The notes: a model not told the origin generated them from the sequence alone. DNA of 64,000 nt from an uncultured Chloroflexia bacterium (GCA_963734995.1 CAVTJD010000012.1:13754-77753); one strand, 5' to 3'. Shown: positions 50,231 to 62,550, numbered from the stretch's first letter. Program-made: numbers and translations.

Positions 50231-51004
50231 ATGGAAATCACGACCATTTTCGGCCTGATCATCGGCTTCGGCGCCGTTATCGGAGGGCAGACCCTTGAGG
50301 GCGGTCATATCAGCGCCATCCTCCAGCCGACCGCCGCCATCATCGTTCTGGGGGGGACTTTCGGGGCCACCTGCGTCAGCTTCCCCCTGAATGTCGTCAT
50401 CAAGGCGTTTAAAGATATCATCTATGTCTTCATGCCGCCGAACGCCGATCCGGAACAGGCCATTCAGGACATCGTCGGCTGGGCTGCCAAGGCCCGCAAA
50501 AACGGCCTCATCTCTCTCGAGCAGGAAGCCAAAAACGTTCGCGATCCCTTTACCCAGAAAGGCATCACTCTTCTGGTGGACGGAGCCGATCCCCAGCAGT
50601 TCCGAGAGACCATGGAGGTTGAAATGGACACCTTCGAGGAGCACGCCAAAACGAGCTCGGAGTTTTTCGAGGCCGCCGGCGGCTTCGCCCCGACCATCGG
50701 CATCATCGGCGCGGTTCTCGGCCTCATCCACGTCATGCAGAATCTCTCCGACGCGAGCAAGCTCGGCGAAGGCATCGCGGTGGCCTTCGTCGCTACCATC
50801 TACGGCCTGGTCACCGCCAACATCGTCTGCATCCCGATCAGCACCAAGCTCAAGCACCAGATCAAGGAGCAGATGCGGAAGAAGGAGATCATCCTCGAGG
50901 GGCTGTACGCCATGCAGAACGGCCAGAATCCCCGCGTCATCGAGGACAAGCTCAAAGCCTATCTGCACGAAGACAGCAACGGGAAAAAGGGACCGGAAAA
51001 ATGA
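50231..51004 (+). CDS. motA: Flagellar stator MotA (MotA/MotC type)
   Basis: LEGG, AAIIVLGGT, ARKNGLISLE, APTIGIIGAVLGLI, AFVATIYG, GQNPR. Confidence 0.92.
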   Translation: MEITTIFGLIIGFGAVIGGQTLEGGHISAILQPTAAIIVLGGTFGATCVSFPLNVVIKAFKDIIYVFMPPNADPEQAIQDIVGWAAKARKNGLISLEQEAKNVRDPFTQKGITLLVDGADPQQFRETMEVEMDTFEEHAKTSSEFFEAAGGFAPTIGIIGAVLGLIHVMQNLSDASKLGEGIAVAFVATIYGLVTANIVCIPISTKLKHQIKEQMRKKEIILEGLYAMQNGQNPRVIEDKLKAYLHEDSNGKKGPEK

Positions 51005-51771
51005 GCAAACGGAAAAAGGAGCCGGAAAAGGAGGCGAACCTGGAGCGATGGCTGGTTTCCTACGCCGACTTCATCACCCTGTTGTTTGCGGTTTTCGTTA
51101 CCCTTTACGCAATGGGGCAGGTAGATAAACAAAAGGCGGAGGAAGTCGTCCAGTCGCTGCGCCAGGCCTTCGGACTCAGCCAGACCCTTCCGGCGGTCGG
51201 CAGGCCGATGGCCAGCCAGGGGGAGTTGCAGGTCGTGCCGATGCTGAGCCCCGAAGGAACCACCCTGGTCGCCCGACACGACAAGCTCTGGGCGCAACCG
51301 AACGACCTGCTCCTGGTCAAGGGATTGCTGGAGAGGGAACTGCAGAAAAAGGGAGCCGGGGACAAGGTGCACGTGGATATGGACCAGCGCGGGTTGATCG
51401 TCAGCCTGCAAGCGGCAGATTTTTTCACCCCGGGGCAGGCTAAACTAAAAAAGGAAGCCTACCCGCTGCTGGATAAGATCGCCCGTTCCCTGGGCAAATA
51501 CAGCAATCCCCTCCGCATCGAAGGCTATACTGACGATACTCCGGTCCATTCGGACCAGTTTCCTTCCAACTGGGAACTCTCAGCCGATCGGGCCCTCACC
51601 GTGCTGCATTATCTCCTTGATCGGCATTATTTCGCCACGGACAAACTCTCCGCCACCGGCTACGGCAGTACCCACCCGATCGGCGATAACGCGACCAAAA
51701 CGGGGCGCGAACTGAATCGACGGGTGGACATCGTCATGCTGGCTCCCGGCAACGATTGGGCCGAGCCCTGA
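51001..51771 (+). CDS. motB: Flagellar stator MotB (OmpA-like C-terminal domain)
   Basis: ERWLVSYADFITLLFA.F..LYA, IEGYTD, SNWELSADRA, NRRVDI. Confidence 0.92.
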   Translation: MSKRKKEPEKEANLERWLVSYADFITLLFAVFVTLYAMGQVDKQKAEEVVQSLRQAFGLSQTLPAVGRPMASQGELQVVPMLSPEGTTLVARHDKLWAQPNDLLLVKGLLERELQKKGAGDKVHVDMDQRGLIVSLQAADFFTPGQAKLKKEAYPLLDKIARSLGKYSNPLRIEGYTDDTPVHSDQFPSNWELSADRALTVLHYLLDRHYFATDKLSATGYGSTHPIGDNATKTGRELNRRVDIVMLAPGNDWAEP

Positions 51772-51867
51772 AAAATTCCTTTCTCGGGAAGCTGATTCAG
51801 GCCGTTTTTGCCCACCTCCCGGGCACCCCCTCCCTTCTCTGCGGCATCGAGGCTTGTCGATCCTGCC

Positions 51868-52779
51868 TCAAGGCAGCCGTGGTGTCTCCTCCTTGAGACT
51901 CCGCGCGATCACCCTATCCTTTTCCCGCCACAATCCATCGATCCAGCCTTGAAAGCGCCGGCGAAAATCCTGGTCGTTGAGATAGTCTCCCCTCTGGAAC
52001 TCCTCAGGAACGTCAACCGACCGAAGTTGCACCGACAGCCGCCGAACGCGGCCACAGAGAAAACCCCAGAAGGTGGGCACCCCATCCGGATAGACGATCG
52101 TCAGATCGAGAAGGGTGCGGATCTTGCCTTCCATTCCGGCCAGAGCCAGCGCGGCCCCTCCCGCCCTCGGACGCAGCAGATGGCGGTATGGCGACTCCTG
52201 CCGAGAGTGTTTTTCGGCCGTGAACCTTGTTCCTTCCAGAAAATTGACAATCGTGACCGGAGCCTGGCGAAAACGGCCGCAGGCCCGGCGGGTCGCCTCC
52301 AGGTCCCGCCCACGCCACTCGGGGTGTTTTTTGAGAACTTCCGGCGCATAGCGGCGCATGATCGGAAACTCCAGCGCCCAGATGGCGGGACCGAGGAAGG
52401 GGACCCAGAGCATTTCGCGCTTGGAGAAGAACTTCGGAAAGGGGATGCGGTTTCGAAAGGTCTGCAAGAGGGCCATGATGTCGACCCAGGACTGATGGTT
52501 GGCAACGACCAGATACCACCGGTCACGACGAAGATCGGCGTTGCCATCGATATCCCAGTCGAGCCGATACAGGTGATCCGTCAAGAAATTGGTGCCCCGA
52601 ATCCAGCCTTCTGCCAGATGGATCGACCAGCGGATGCAGCGGTCCCGCCAAGCGGGGACGGGAACCAGAAGCCTGACCAGCACCAGGGCATAGATAGGCA
52701 GACACCAAAGGGCGGTATTGACCAGATAGAGAGTGAGGGCCAAGGGGCCCAGCACCAGAGGGGGCAGGCGGTTGAACAT
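51868..52779 (-). CDS. YihG-like PlsC-family acyltransferase
   Basis: WYLVVANHQSWVDI, WVPFLG.A.WALEFP.MRRY, DLEATRRAC, NFLEGTRF, LLDLTIVYP. Confidence 0.9.
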   Translation of the reverse strand: MFNRLPPLVLGPLALTLYLVNTALWCLPIYALVLVRLLVPVPAWRDRCIRWSIHLAEGWIRGTNFLTDHLYRLDWDIDGNADLRRDRWYLVVANHQSWVDIMALLQTFRNRIPFPKFFSKREMLWVPFLGPAIWALEFPIMRRYAPEVLKKHPEWRGRDLEATRRACGRFRQAPVTIVNFLEGTRFTAEKHSRQESPYRHLLRPRAGGAALALAGMEGKIRTLLDLTIVYPDGVPTFWGFLCGRVRRLSVQLRSVDVPEEFQRGDYLNDQDFRRRFQGWIDGLWREKDRVIARSLKEETPRLP

Positions 52780-52809
52780 GCTCAGGCGCTCCCGGAAAAA
52801 AAGGGATTG

Positions 52810-53791
52810 TTATCTATTGTCACCATTGAGCAGATCTCCGAGGGAGCCGAGCAGCGATCCCTCGCCCTTGCTCTCCCCGCCGTATTTGGGCGCGGCGGCC
52901 AGGATGCGGTCGGCCAGGCGGCTGAATGGCAGCGACTGGAGCCACACCTTTCCGGGCCCGGTCAGGGTGGCGAAAAAGAGTCCTTCGCCGCCGAACAGGG
53001 CGGTCTTGATGCCGCCGACGAATTGGATATCGTAAGCAACTCCCGCCTGCATCGCCACCAGACAGCCGGTGTCGAGGCGCAGGGTTTCGCCGGGGCCGAG
53101 GGTCTTTTCGATCAGGGTGCCGCCGGCGTGAACAAACAGTAGCCGTCGCCCTGCAGCCGCTCGAGGATGAAGCCCTCCCCGCCGAACAGACCGACCCCGA
53201 GCCGGCGCTGGAAGGCGACCCCGATGGAAACTCCCTTGGCGGCGCACAAAAACGAATCCTTCTGACAGAGCAGTTCGCCCCCGAGGGCGCCAAGGTCCAT
53301 GGGGAGGATTTTCCCGGGATAGGGGGCGCCGAAGGCAACCCGCTGCTTACCGCGCCCCACCGTTGGTGAAGGCGGTCATGAAGAGGCTCTCGCCGGTCAA
53401 AATGCGCTTGCCGGCGCCGAAAATTTTCCCCATGACGCCCTGCGAGCGGGCGCTGCCGTCGCCGAAGATCGTTTCCATACGGATGCCCCCCTCCATGAAC
53501 ATCATCGCCCCGGCCTCGGCCACCACCGTCTCGGCGGGATCGAGTTCGACTTCGACGAACTGCATGTCGTCGCCGAAGATCTCGAAGTCGATCTCATGGG
53601 CCTGGGCGAACCCTGTCCGGCCGGCGGGAGAGGTGAAAGCCCTTGCGCTTCAGAAAGACGAGAAAATCATCGAACTGCTCCGGCTCAATGCCGTAACGGG
53701 CACAGAGATCCGGCCGCGCCGCGCCGCCGTTGTAATCAGCGACGAAGCGGATGTATTTGTTCATCGGGGTGTCAACAGGTGTCATAGTCAT
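52810..53791 (-). CDS. AIM24 / TIGR00266 family protein with an extra N-terminal segment; frameshifted
   Basis: [68 protein letters not shown]. Confidence 0.85.
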
Positions 53792-54028
53792 TTTCTCCTC
53801 GAGGGTGTGGATGCCGGACTGGAGCTTTCCTCCCCGGCAGATTCACCTAAAAATGGCGGTACGAAGGGAGGTTTGTCAAGGATTAATCCACCTGGGTGAG
53901 GTTTCCCTCCGGCGGGAATGCTATAATTGAAAGAACTCAAAGGACGGGCGGATTTCAGGGGAAAATTCCCTGGCTGGCGGCTCCGCCCCGCAGGTTGTCC
54001 CGAGCGGTCACGGGGGAAGGGAGGCTCT

Positions 54029-54532
54029 ATGGATGAGAGAGCGAAGAAAAACTTCGTCTGGCAACAGGGGATCAGAGACGCGGACGCGGCCACGTGCTCA
54101 CGGCAGTATCACGCCCTGATGCTTCAGCCGCGACTGGTCGGCATCCTGGTGGTTTTGGGCCTGATCTTCCAGAACGGGCCGTTCTTCCTCGCCCTCTCGG
54201 CGGTCCTCTGGTGGAACGTCGCCGTGCCCGCCCGCAACCCCTTCGATGCCCTCTACAATCGAGTCGTCGCCTCGCCCAAGGGGCTCCCGCCGGTCGCGCC
54301 GGCCGCGGCGCCGCGGCGTTTCGCTCAGGGGATGGCCGCCACCTTCATGCTCGCCGTCGGCCTGTGCCTGCTTTTCGACTGGCGACTCGCTGCCTGGATT
54401 CTGGAAGGGCTTCTCACCGCGGCGCTTGTCGCCCTGATTTTCGGCAAATTCTGCCTCGGCTCTTACCTCTTTCACCTTCTCCGAGGCGACAGGGCTTTCG
54501 CCAATCGAACGCTCCCATGGGCCCGGGAATAG
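54029..54532 (+). CDS. DUF4395-like membrane protein
   Basis: NPFDALY, PRRFAQGM, FCLGSYLF; several TM segments. Confidence 0.75.
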   Translation: MDERAKKNFVWQQGIRDADAATCSRQYHALMLQPRLVGILVVLGLIFQNGPFFLALSAVLWWNVAVPARNPFDALYNRVVASPKGLPPVAPAAAPRRFAQGMAATFMLAVGLCLLFDWRLAAWILEGLLTAALVALIFGKFCLGSYLFHLLRGDRAFANRTLPWARE

Positions 54533-54596
54533 ACGGGAGGGGGGATAGGGTGTTATGCTGTCGCCTATCAACCTCTGGCCGCGTATTGAATTCCCC

Positions 54597-55358
54597 ATGT
54601 CCTTCCCACTAGACAGGAAGAAATTGAACCACCCCAAGGCGGTCCTCTTCGACCTCGACGGCACCCTGCTGCAGGCCGATATGGGTGCGTTCATCCCCGC
54701 TTACATCGAGGGGCTCTCCCGCCATTTCGTCGATGTCTCTTTGCGTACCGCCTTCAGATACGCCCTGCGCGAGGCGATCTCGGCGCTGTTGACCAGTAAA
54801 GACGGTTCCATGACCAACGAGGAGCTTGTTCATCGCGACCCTGAGGCGGCGGCTGGGCGTAGGGGCCGGGCTCTTCGCCGAACGCCTGACTCGTTACTGC
54901 GCCGACGGCCTGGCCGGCCTCAGCCTGTTCATCCAGCCTCTTGCCTCGGCGCCCAGGATTCTCGACTGCTGCCGGGCGGGCTGGCCTCACCGTCATCCTC
55001 GGCGACCAATCCCGTCTTCCCCCGCCCCTGGTCGACGCCCGCCTCGCCTGGGGCGCAATCGACGATTTCCCCTTCGACCTCGTAACCTCCCTCGAAAACA
55101 CCCGCTACTGCAAACCCGATCCCCGCTACTTCACCGACCTTCTCGAGCTCTTCGGCCTCGCGCTCCGGGGAGGCACTCATGGTCGGCAACGACACCGAGC
55201 ACGACTTGGCAGCTCGCGAAGTCGGCATCGCCACTTTTCTGGTCGATACCTGGCTCGTCGACCGACTTGACGGCAGGTTCGAGACGGACTTCCGGGGCGG
55301 GCACGCCGACCTGCTGCGATTTCTCGAAGAGAGGGCGGGCTCGTTTTCCCGGAGCTGA
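54597..55358 (+). CDS. HAD family hydrolase; frameshifted, start approximate
   Basis: LFDLDGTLL, ATNPVFP, ENTRYCKPDPRYF, MVGNDTEHD. Confidence 0.85.
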
Positions 55359-55433
55359 CCGCTTCGGCTCACCACCGCGGACGGCCGTTTTCCCCGCACC
55401 TCCCGGGATCGCCCCTGCTCACCTCTGCCGCGG

Positions 55434-55769
55434 CTAGGACCCCATACGGCCGGCTCTGCGTTTCCGGCTCCACTTCTCCCCCAATTCCTCCAAGCCGGCC
55501 GCCTCCAGGTCTTCTGGGCGCATCGCGATGCGGAATTTGCAGTCGGCCTCGAAGTTGAGGAAAAACGGCTCGGCAAATCTGGGAATCTCCGAGGGGTTGT
55601 CGAGGTTGACGACGAAGATGGCGCCACGCACCCCTTCCTGCTCGGTGAAATAGGCGGCTTCGGGTTTGATCTCATCCAGGATGCGGCGGATGACCTGCCC
55701 CACTTTGCCCTCGCGCACCAACGTGTTGAAGGGCTCGGGCGGAAATTCTACAGAGAGCAGAAGTCTCAT
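55434..55769 (-). CDS. Small conserved hypothetical protein (GYD/DUF3303-like)
   Basis: PEPFN.LV.EG..G..I..IL..IKPEAAYF.EQEG.RG...AEPFFL.F.A; GGAGG RBS. Confidence 0.7.
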   Translation of the reverse strand: MRLLLSVEFPPEPFNTLVREGKVGQVIRRILDEIKPEAAYFTEQEGVRGAIFVVNLDNPSEIPRFAEPFFLNFEADCKFRIAMRPEDLEAAGLEELGEKWSRKRRAGRMGS

Positions 55770-56055
55770 TTTGGTCCTCCTTTGCGCGGTCAGAGGGGTA
55801 ATACTCCCAACCTGGAACCTCTCGTGGTTTTCTGTTCCTAGTTTAGCAGGGAACAATGGGAGCGGTATCGTCAAGGCGCCAGAGAATTGTCTCGAGATCG
55901 GATTAAAAATTGACTTTAAATAGAATTTATTTTATTAGATGTTAAATGAAAAGGGTCTTTGGAGGTGTCACTTGAAAATCGTAGTTTGAGGACTTAGACC
56001 GCCAAACCGGCTTTCGATAAAGCTGGCTTGGCGGTTTTTGCATGAAGGGGGCGCT

Positions 56056-59000
56056 GTGGAAACCTCGTTCACCACACTCGCCGCGCAGGTTCCGGCAGAC
56101 AAATTCTACCCGACCAAATTCGATCCTTCCCGCCAGCTCCTGCGCCGACGATTGATCCAGAATCTCATAAAGGATCGCGGACGGTACAAAAAGGCCATTT
56201 TCATTGAAGCCAGAGCCGGCCAGGGTAAAACCACACTCGCCACTCAATTTCTTTCCCACCTCAAAGCGCCCTTTGCCTGGTACCAGGTCGGCCTCGAAGA
56301 CAACGACCCCATCTTTTTTCTCACCTCACTCTTGACCGCTCTCATGCGGACCCTCTCCGGGTTTCGCTCTCCTCTTCTGGAAAAGATGCTGGGCAAAGGC
56401 GAAGTTTCGCCGACGGAACTGCCCCGCGTCATCGATCATCTCCTGGCGACCTTATCCCCTCCATCCGAAAAAAGATATGTGGCTCGCTCTCGACGACCTG
56501 CATTTTTTAAAGGAGGGCACATCCAGTGACGCCCTGCTCAGGCACCTTCTTCAAAACGCGCCGCGTCGACTGCACTTTCTCCTTCTCTCCCGCAAACCTG
56601 TCTGGGGGGAGCCCCCCGTGCTCGCGGCGGGAGAAGATACACGCCACATCGGAAACCGGGAACTGGCCCTCTCCGCCATCGAAATCGACGAACTTTACAA
56701 CGACACTCTAAAGATCCCCGTTTCCGGCAAGCGAGTTCTCGAACTTGAAAAAAAACACCGAGGGATGGGCGATGGGACTGGTCCTCATCGCTCATGGTCA
56801 AGAGCGTGAAAAAGAAGGGTTTCTCCGCCACAACAATCAACCTGCACTTCCGGCCTATTTCAACAGGGAGGTCCTTCCAGCGCTGCCGGAAGATTTGCGA
56901 GAGGCGCTATTCCAACTATCCCTTCTGGAAATGGTCCCGGTCCCACTGGCACAAGAAATTACAGGTCTGGCGGACATCGGCGATCGCCTGAGTGCGCTCA
57001 ACCGAAAGAATTTCTTCGTCTATAGCCTGGACGAAGATGGCGCCATCTTCCGCCTCCATCACCTGTTCCGGGATTTCATGAAGGAGCAGGCCGAGAAGCA
57101 CCTCTCGCCGGATGAAATCATTCGAGTACGACGACAAGCCGCCGACTATTTTCTTCAGATGGGCGAACCGCGGCACGCCCTTCCGCAACTCCTGCGCCTG
57201 GGAGATTATGCGGACATCGAAGAATTCCTGGGAAGGGAGGGATTGCGCCTGGTCGAGCTCAATCGCATCGCCTCCCTCGACGCCCTGCTGGCGGCCCTCC
57301 CGGAGAAGATTATTCTCGACTATCCCTGGATGTCTTATTTTATGGGGATTTCCCTCATGGAAAAAGCCCCCCCGCGGGCCCTTACCTTCTTTGAAAAAGC
57401 CAGGCTCCTTTTTTCCCAACAGCGGGGCAGCAAAGGCGAGCTCTTGACGCTCGCTCAATTGATTCAGTTTCACTGCAACATCGACTGCCAGTTTCACCTT
57501 GGCAAAGAGCCTCTTTGCCGAGCAAATGAACTGTTTCCCGTGGCCCGCCCCTCCCTCGATTCTCAATCGGTAATTCTGGCCGCGATGTATTTATCCCTTG
57601 GATTTTGCATCATCCAGGTGAATCCGGGAAAAGCGAGAGGCTATTGCGACCTGGCGCTCTCCCTGGCACAGAAGGAAGAACTGGTCAATCTGGAAACGTT
57701 TGTCCGATTCAACAAGGGAATTCAACACGCCTTTTTCGGCAAACACCGAAAGATGTTGAGGGAGATCGAAAATTCCCTACATCTGCTGCAAGTTCCCCAG
57801 GTCAGCAATCTCAATCGTATGATGCTGAGGATTCTACATCTGAACGCACTTGCCCTTGTGGGAGATTTCGAAAATTTCTTCCATCAGGAAGAAGCGTTTC
57901 GAAACGACACAAGGGGCGACCTTGTCCTCGAGACGGTTGCCGGTCCGATCCTTCTGATAAACAAGATCGATGCCGCTGTCGCCGAAGGCCGTCTTGACAT
58001 TGCCCGTGAGAGGATCGAGCAGGGCCTATCCTGGGGAAGCGCTGCCGCCAATCCGCACTTGCGCAGCCAGTTTCTGCATTACCAGGCCTTGGTCCTGGCC
58101 CTGGCGGGGCAGCAGGAAGAGACCGTTGCCGTGGCAGAGAGATCTCGGCACCTGCGCCAGATGGCTGGCGGGGAAATCTGGAGCACCGTCAGCGATATGA
58201 TCCTGGGCGGTGCACTGATGCTGGCGGACCGACCTCAAAAGGCCGAAACGCTGCTGACCAGTGCCATCGAAAAATCCACCCGGTTCGGCGAAAATTTCCT
58301 GCGGGCCGGAGCTTATGCCTATCGGGCGTGTCTCTTTCTGAAACAAGGCCGACAGGCATCCGCTCTGGAGGATATCTCCCGATTTCTAAGCTCCATGCGG
58401 GAAAACGGCTACTCGCACTTTTTCACATGGACCCCGAAAGTCATGGGCTCACTTCTGGAGACAGCGGTCCGCCACGGCATCGAGGTCGACTATGCCCGCT
58501 ATTTGGCAGCCAGGCGGCTGCATGCCTCGATACTGGACAACGGCGAATCGATTCCGCTTTTGCGAATCAAAACCTTTGGAGAATTTACCATCAGCGTTGG
58601 GGACAGGCGGGTGCTCAGAGCCAGGATCTTACCCGCAGCCAGCGAGAGCTCCTTGCCATCCTCATAACGGTCCCAGGGCAAAAGCCCGACCAGGAAACTC
58701 TTCAGCATGATCTTTGGCCGGAAACCTCTCCTGAAAAGGCCCGCTCCAATCTGGATTCCCTCCTGCTGCGACTGCGAAAGACCCTGGGCAACGCGCTCGC
58801 CCCGACCCCGGTCCGACATTATCTTTCTCTCCAGAAAGGCTCGCCTGTCTGGAGAACTGCCGGGTCGATGCCGCCGAATTTACCCGAAAGGCGCTGAGAG
58901 GCCTCGAACATCATCAATTCGATGAATTGTGGCAGGCCGGCAATTACTTTCACTCGGCCCACAAACACTGGCACGGAACGTTTTTCCCTAGCGGTCCATC

Positions 59001-59397
59001 GGCCGATGGCGTGGGACACTACAGCAGTGAAATTGAACGCCTTTTTGTCGAAGCTTCCCTCGCCTGGGGGAAAATCCTGCGTAAATCCGGCCGACTGGAA
59101 GAAGCTTCAAGGGTCATCGAAAAAGCCCTCCTGTGCCACCGGATCAACGACGATCTGGTTCGTGTCCTCTATAGCCTGTATATCGAACTCGGAAGCACGG
59201 TAAAGGCCAGAAACGTCCTGAAAAACTACCGTGCGGCCCTGCTTAAAGAAGACTTTGCACCGCTCGAGATCGAAGAGATCGTACAGGCCGTGATCTTCTC
59301 CCCTTCGAGCCTAAATCTCCCCTCCAGGTTCCCGCAAAACAAGACACATCCTCCTGTCGCAATCCCATCGCTGCTTCTTCGAGAGTGGAAAAATTAA
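56056..59397 (+). CDS. MalT-like STAND NTPase with TPR region and C-terminal wHTH + BTAD activator domain; frameshifted
   Basis: Walker A ARAGQGKTT, WY.V..EDNDP..F, Walker B LDDLH, TEGWAMGL, FRLHHLFRDF, IKTFGEF, LWPE..ARSNL..LLRLRK.LG. Confidence 0.85.
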
Positions 59398-59534
59398 CTA
59401 TCTTACTCTCATCCTCCATTTGTGAGAAAAATTTGAGAGCCGGTCAGTAAAGTGAGAGCGGTCGTTTCGATCTTGGCTCCGCTATGGCTCGAAGTCATTC
59501 CGGACTCGCAGATTGTCATTGTCCACATTAACTC

Positions 59535-59591
59535 CTGCTGGTTGAGCGACCTCCGGGGAGGGGGCGGAGGTCGGCTCCCGCAGTCCTTTTT
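59535..59591 (+). terminator. Terminator-like hairpin in the leader of the lipoprotein gene
   Basis: GAGCGACCTCCG...CGGAGGTCGGCTC flanked by CTGC/GCAG, followed by TCCTTTTT. Confidence 0.5.
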
Positions 59592-59664
59592 CAATGGAAT
59601 TTACTTGGAGAGTCCAAGTAAAGGATGTGGCGTCAGAAAGCGTTTTCCAAAAGGAGGAAGAAGG

Positions 59665-62447
59665 ATGAAGGTAAGGAACTGGCTTGGATTGGGTGTATTG
59701 ATGCTTTCTATGGCTCTCACCGGTTGCGGTGGAGGAGGCGGTGCTGGAAATTCGGATAATCCCCCTCCTTCAGCGCCGCCGACAAGCATCAGCGGGGTCG
59801 TGGCCGACGGCTATCTGCGTCGGCGCTACGGTCTTTTCAGACCAGAACGGCAACATGAGATGGGACCAGGGAGAACCGAAGGCGACATCCGGCGAGGGCG
59901 GCCAATACACACTGGAAGGCAAAGACGTCGACAAATATCCCGTCGTCGTTTCCGTAGATACGACAACCACCGACGAGGATAATCCCAACACCGCCATTTC
60001 CAAAAGCTACGTCCTGACCGCCCCCGCCGGCAAGACGTCATTCATCAGCCCCATGACCACTCTTGTCCAACGGCAGATCGAGGCCAACCCGTCCCTTTCC
60101 GGCGACAGTACGCAGAGGACCTCGTCAAGCAACAGATCGGCGCATCGAACCAGGTAAGCCTGTTTGAGAATTATGTCGCCGCCGCCAAGGACGACACGCA
60201 ATACGCCACCCTGCACAAGGTCGCCCAGGTCGTTGCCGCGACCTTCGGTGAGATGCAGGACCAGGTGAATAAAGCCGCACAGGATGCCGGGTACACCAAC
60301 CCCGATGAGATCCTGAATGCCCTGGTAACTGACAGCGTCACCCAGAGGGTCATGGAGAAGCTCACGCCATCGCGGTCACGGTGGATCAATCGGGCGGCTC
60401 ATCATTCGATCCCCCTGCCGTCGCGAGCACCATCGTCAACGAAATCGACACCACGGCCCGATCTCCTCCGAGACCATCACGACCCAGGTCGTGCAGGACC
60501 CGGACCCCCCGTCCGCTGCCTCCAGTTCCAGAAGGTACTGGAGGGAGGCGGTGGTAACTACTGGTTCTGGTCGGAACAGTAGGGTGGAACGGTTCCAATA
60601 CCACTCAATACCCTTGAGTATGGCGTGGTACCCTCGGCACCGCGGCAAGACCCTGGCGGAAAATGACTTTCGAATGACGTTTCGCTGGCCAGCAGTGGAA
60701 TCCCTATTCGGACAAGCAGAATTACTATCTGTGGTGAACGGCGCTGGAAACAGGCAGCCGCCAGCGCCGGCGGCTTACCGTCACCTTCAATACAGACGGC
60801 ACCCTGACCGGCGTCAATCCGGAAACCGGTCAGCAAGAGACCGTAACGACGTCCGAATACGAGCTTTCCGGAAAACCGATGGCGGCCTATATCAACTCGG
60901 AATTCAGCCATTTCCTGCAGAACTCGTCCGCCACCTTTCCGGCGGGTGCCAAGGCGTACAAGGCGACCTTCAAGGAGGCTGCCGACACCTACGAGGTATG
61001 GAGCGACAAGGGAATTCCCTTCGACAGCCTGTTGACCGCCTACCCCAAGAGTTCCGGCAACTTCCTTGATTGGAACGGCATTGCCTTCCAATTCGGTGCC
61101 GATCACACGGTCGATGTTTTTGTCGACAATTCTGCCAATACGACGCCGAGGTGGACGGGCACCTGGGAGGAAAAGACGGTCCAGAACCAGATCCTCCTCG
61201 TCATCGATATTCCTCAGGTCGCGATCCTGTCAACGGACAATGAAGGGCTTCCGATATTCGTAAAATGGTCCGATGGCAACGCCTGGGAGGGGCAATACCT
61301 AGCCGCCGGCAGCATTTATACCAACAACGATTTCGACTTCAACAAGACCGCCTTCGATGCGGTTATGGGGAATCTGAGCCTTGCCGGCAGCAGCAACGGC
61401 GGCGGGGCCGCCTCCCCGTCCCAACCGTCAATTGCCGTCAGCTCCCTTGTAGGTACCTGGACGGACAACAATGACCCCACCCTCGGAACCGGGTATTGGC
61501 ACATCTATCGCGACGGAACCTATACGATGGAATTCCCGGCTACCCCGACGAGGCAACGGGCGCCACGATCAACACGCCGATCGTCATCACGGGGTCGGTT
61601 TCCGTCGAGGGGAACACCCTAACGCTGGCCCCCCAGTCAGCAACCACTCGCAGGGGAATGCCATAACCAATTATGATACCTGCTGGTTCTTCAGCCCCTA
61701 CTACTCATCGTTTTCCATCAGCAATGCAACCTGTCCGCCACCTCCCCGGTGGAGCTCCGCGCAGCACCGAACTGGACCATGCTATCAGCTCCCGCCCACC
61801 CGGGAACGTGCGGCAGTGACGGCGACAACATGAATACCAGCGCCGACATCCTTCTCGTCACGCAGGTTTCGACCGACCCGAATTTCGTAGCGCCCGTCAC
61901 GCCATTCACGCTGACGGAGATCCAGGGGAAAACCTACCAACTTACTGACGTAGATTATCCAACCTGTACGTTCGCCGGACCATCAACAACGACGGCACAA
62001 CCACGACACCGGATGGCCCACAGCCCTACTCCGTCGTCAACGGTGTAATCGAGGTCACCAGCAACAACGACGAGCTGACAACCTTTAGGTTCTTGCCCGA
62101 AATGGCACGACCACCACGACCCTGCTCACCAATTCTGGCGGAAGTTTTGTGGATGAACGGCGCAGTGGGGAGTGGACTTCAGCCCGCTGAATAACGATGC
62201 CAATGCCTTGGCTAACAGGTTTATGACCAATGGATTCTGGCCAGGTACGACCCTCACCGCTGATGGGCGAGTTGTGGTGGCGGGCAACCCGGTCGAAGGA
62301 AAGTGGCAAATCCAAAACAACATCCTTTATTTCAGTGAGCCTGAAGGCGGATGCGTCGACTACAAAGCCTACAAACTGGAGAACAACCACCTGATGTTTG
62401 CAACCGATGCCGACCATACCGCTACCTACACAATGGTGCCGCAATGA
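59665..62447 (+). CDS. Large (~900 aa) lipoprotein with a carboxypeptidase-regulatory-like N-domain; multiple frameshifts
   Basis: AAGGAGG RBS, LTG-C-GGGGG lipobox, SGVVADGYL.GATVF.D.NGN..WD.GEP, ISPMTTLV; Ser/Thr-rich beta-like regions. Confidence 0.7.
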
Positions 62448-62550
62448 TCTAAGGCCCTGACAGAGGGACATCCTTACCTATTTTTCATCCGACGGTTTTT
62501 GCAAATGATGAACTTATTTTGTTGCCATTCGAAGTAGCAAGGAGGACAAG

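Noticed and set aside
50231-51771. Zorya-type (ZorAB) defence system
   Set aside because: MotA has normal length with no long tail, flbD and a sigma28 promoter are upstream, and there are no zorC/D/E-like genes.
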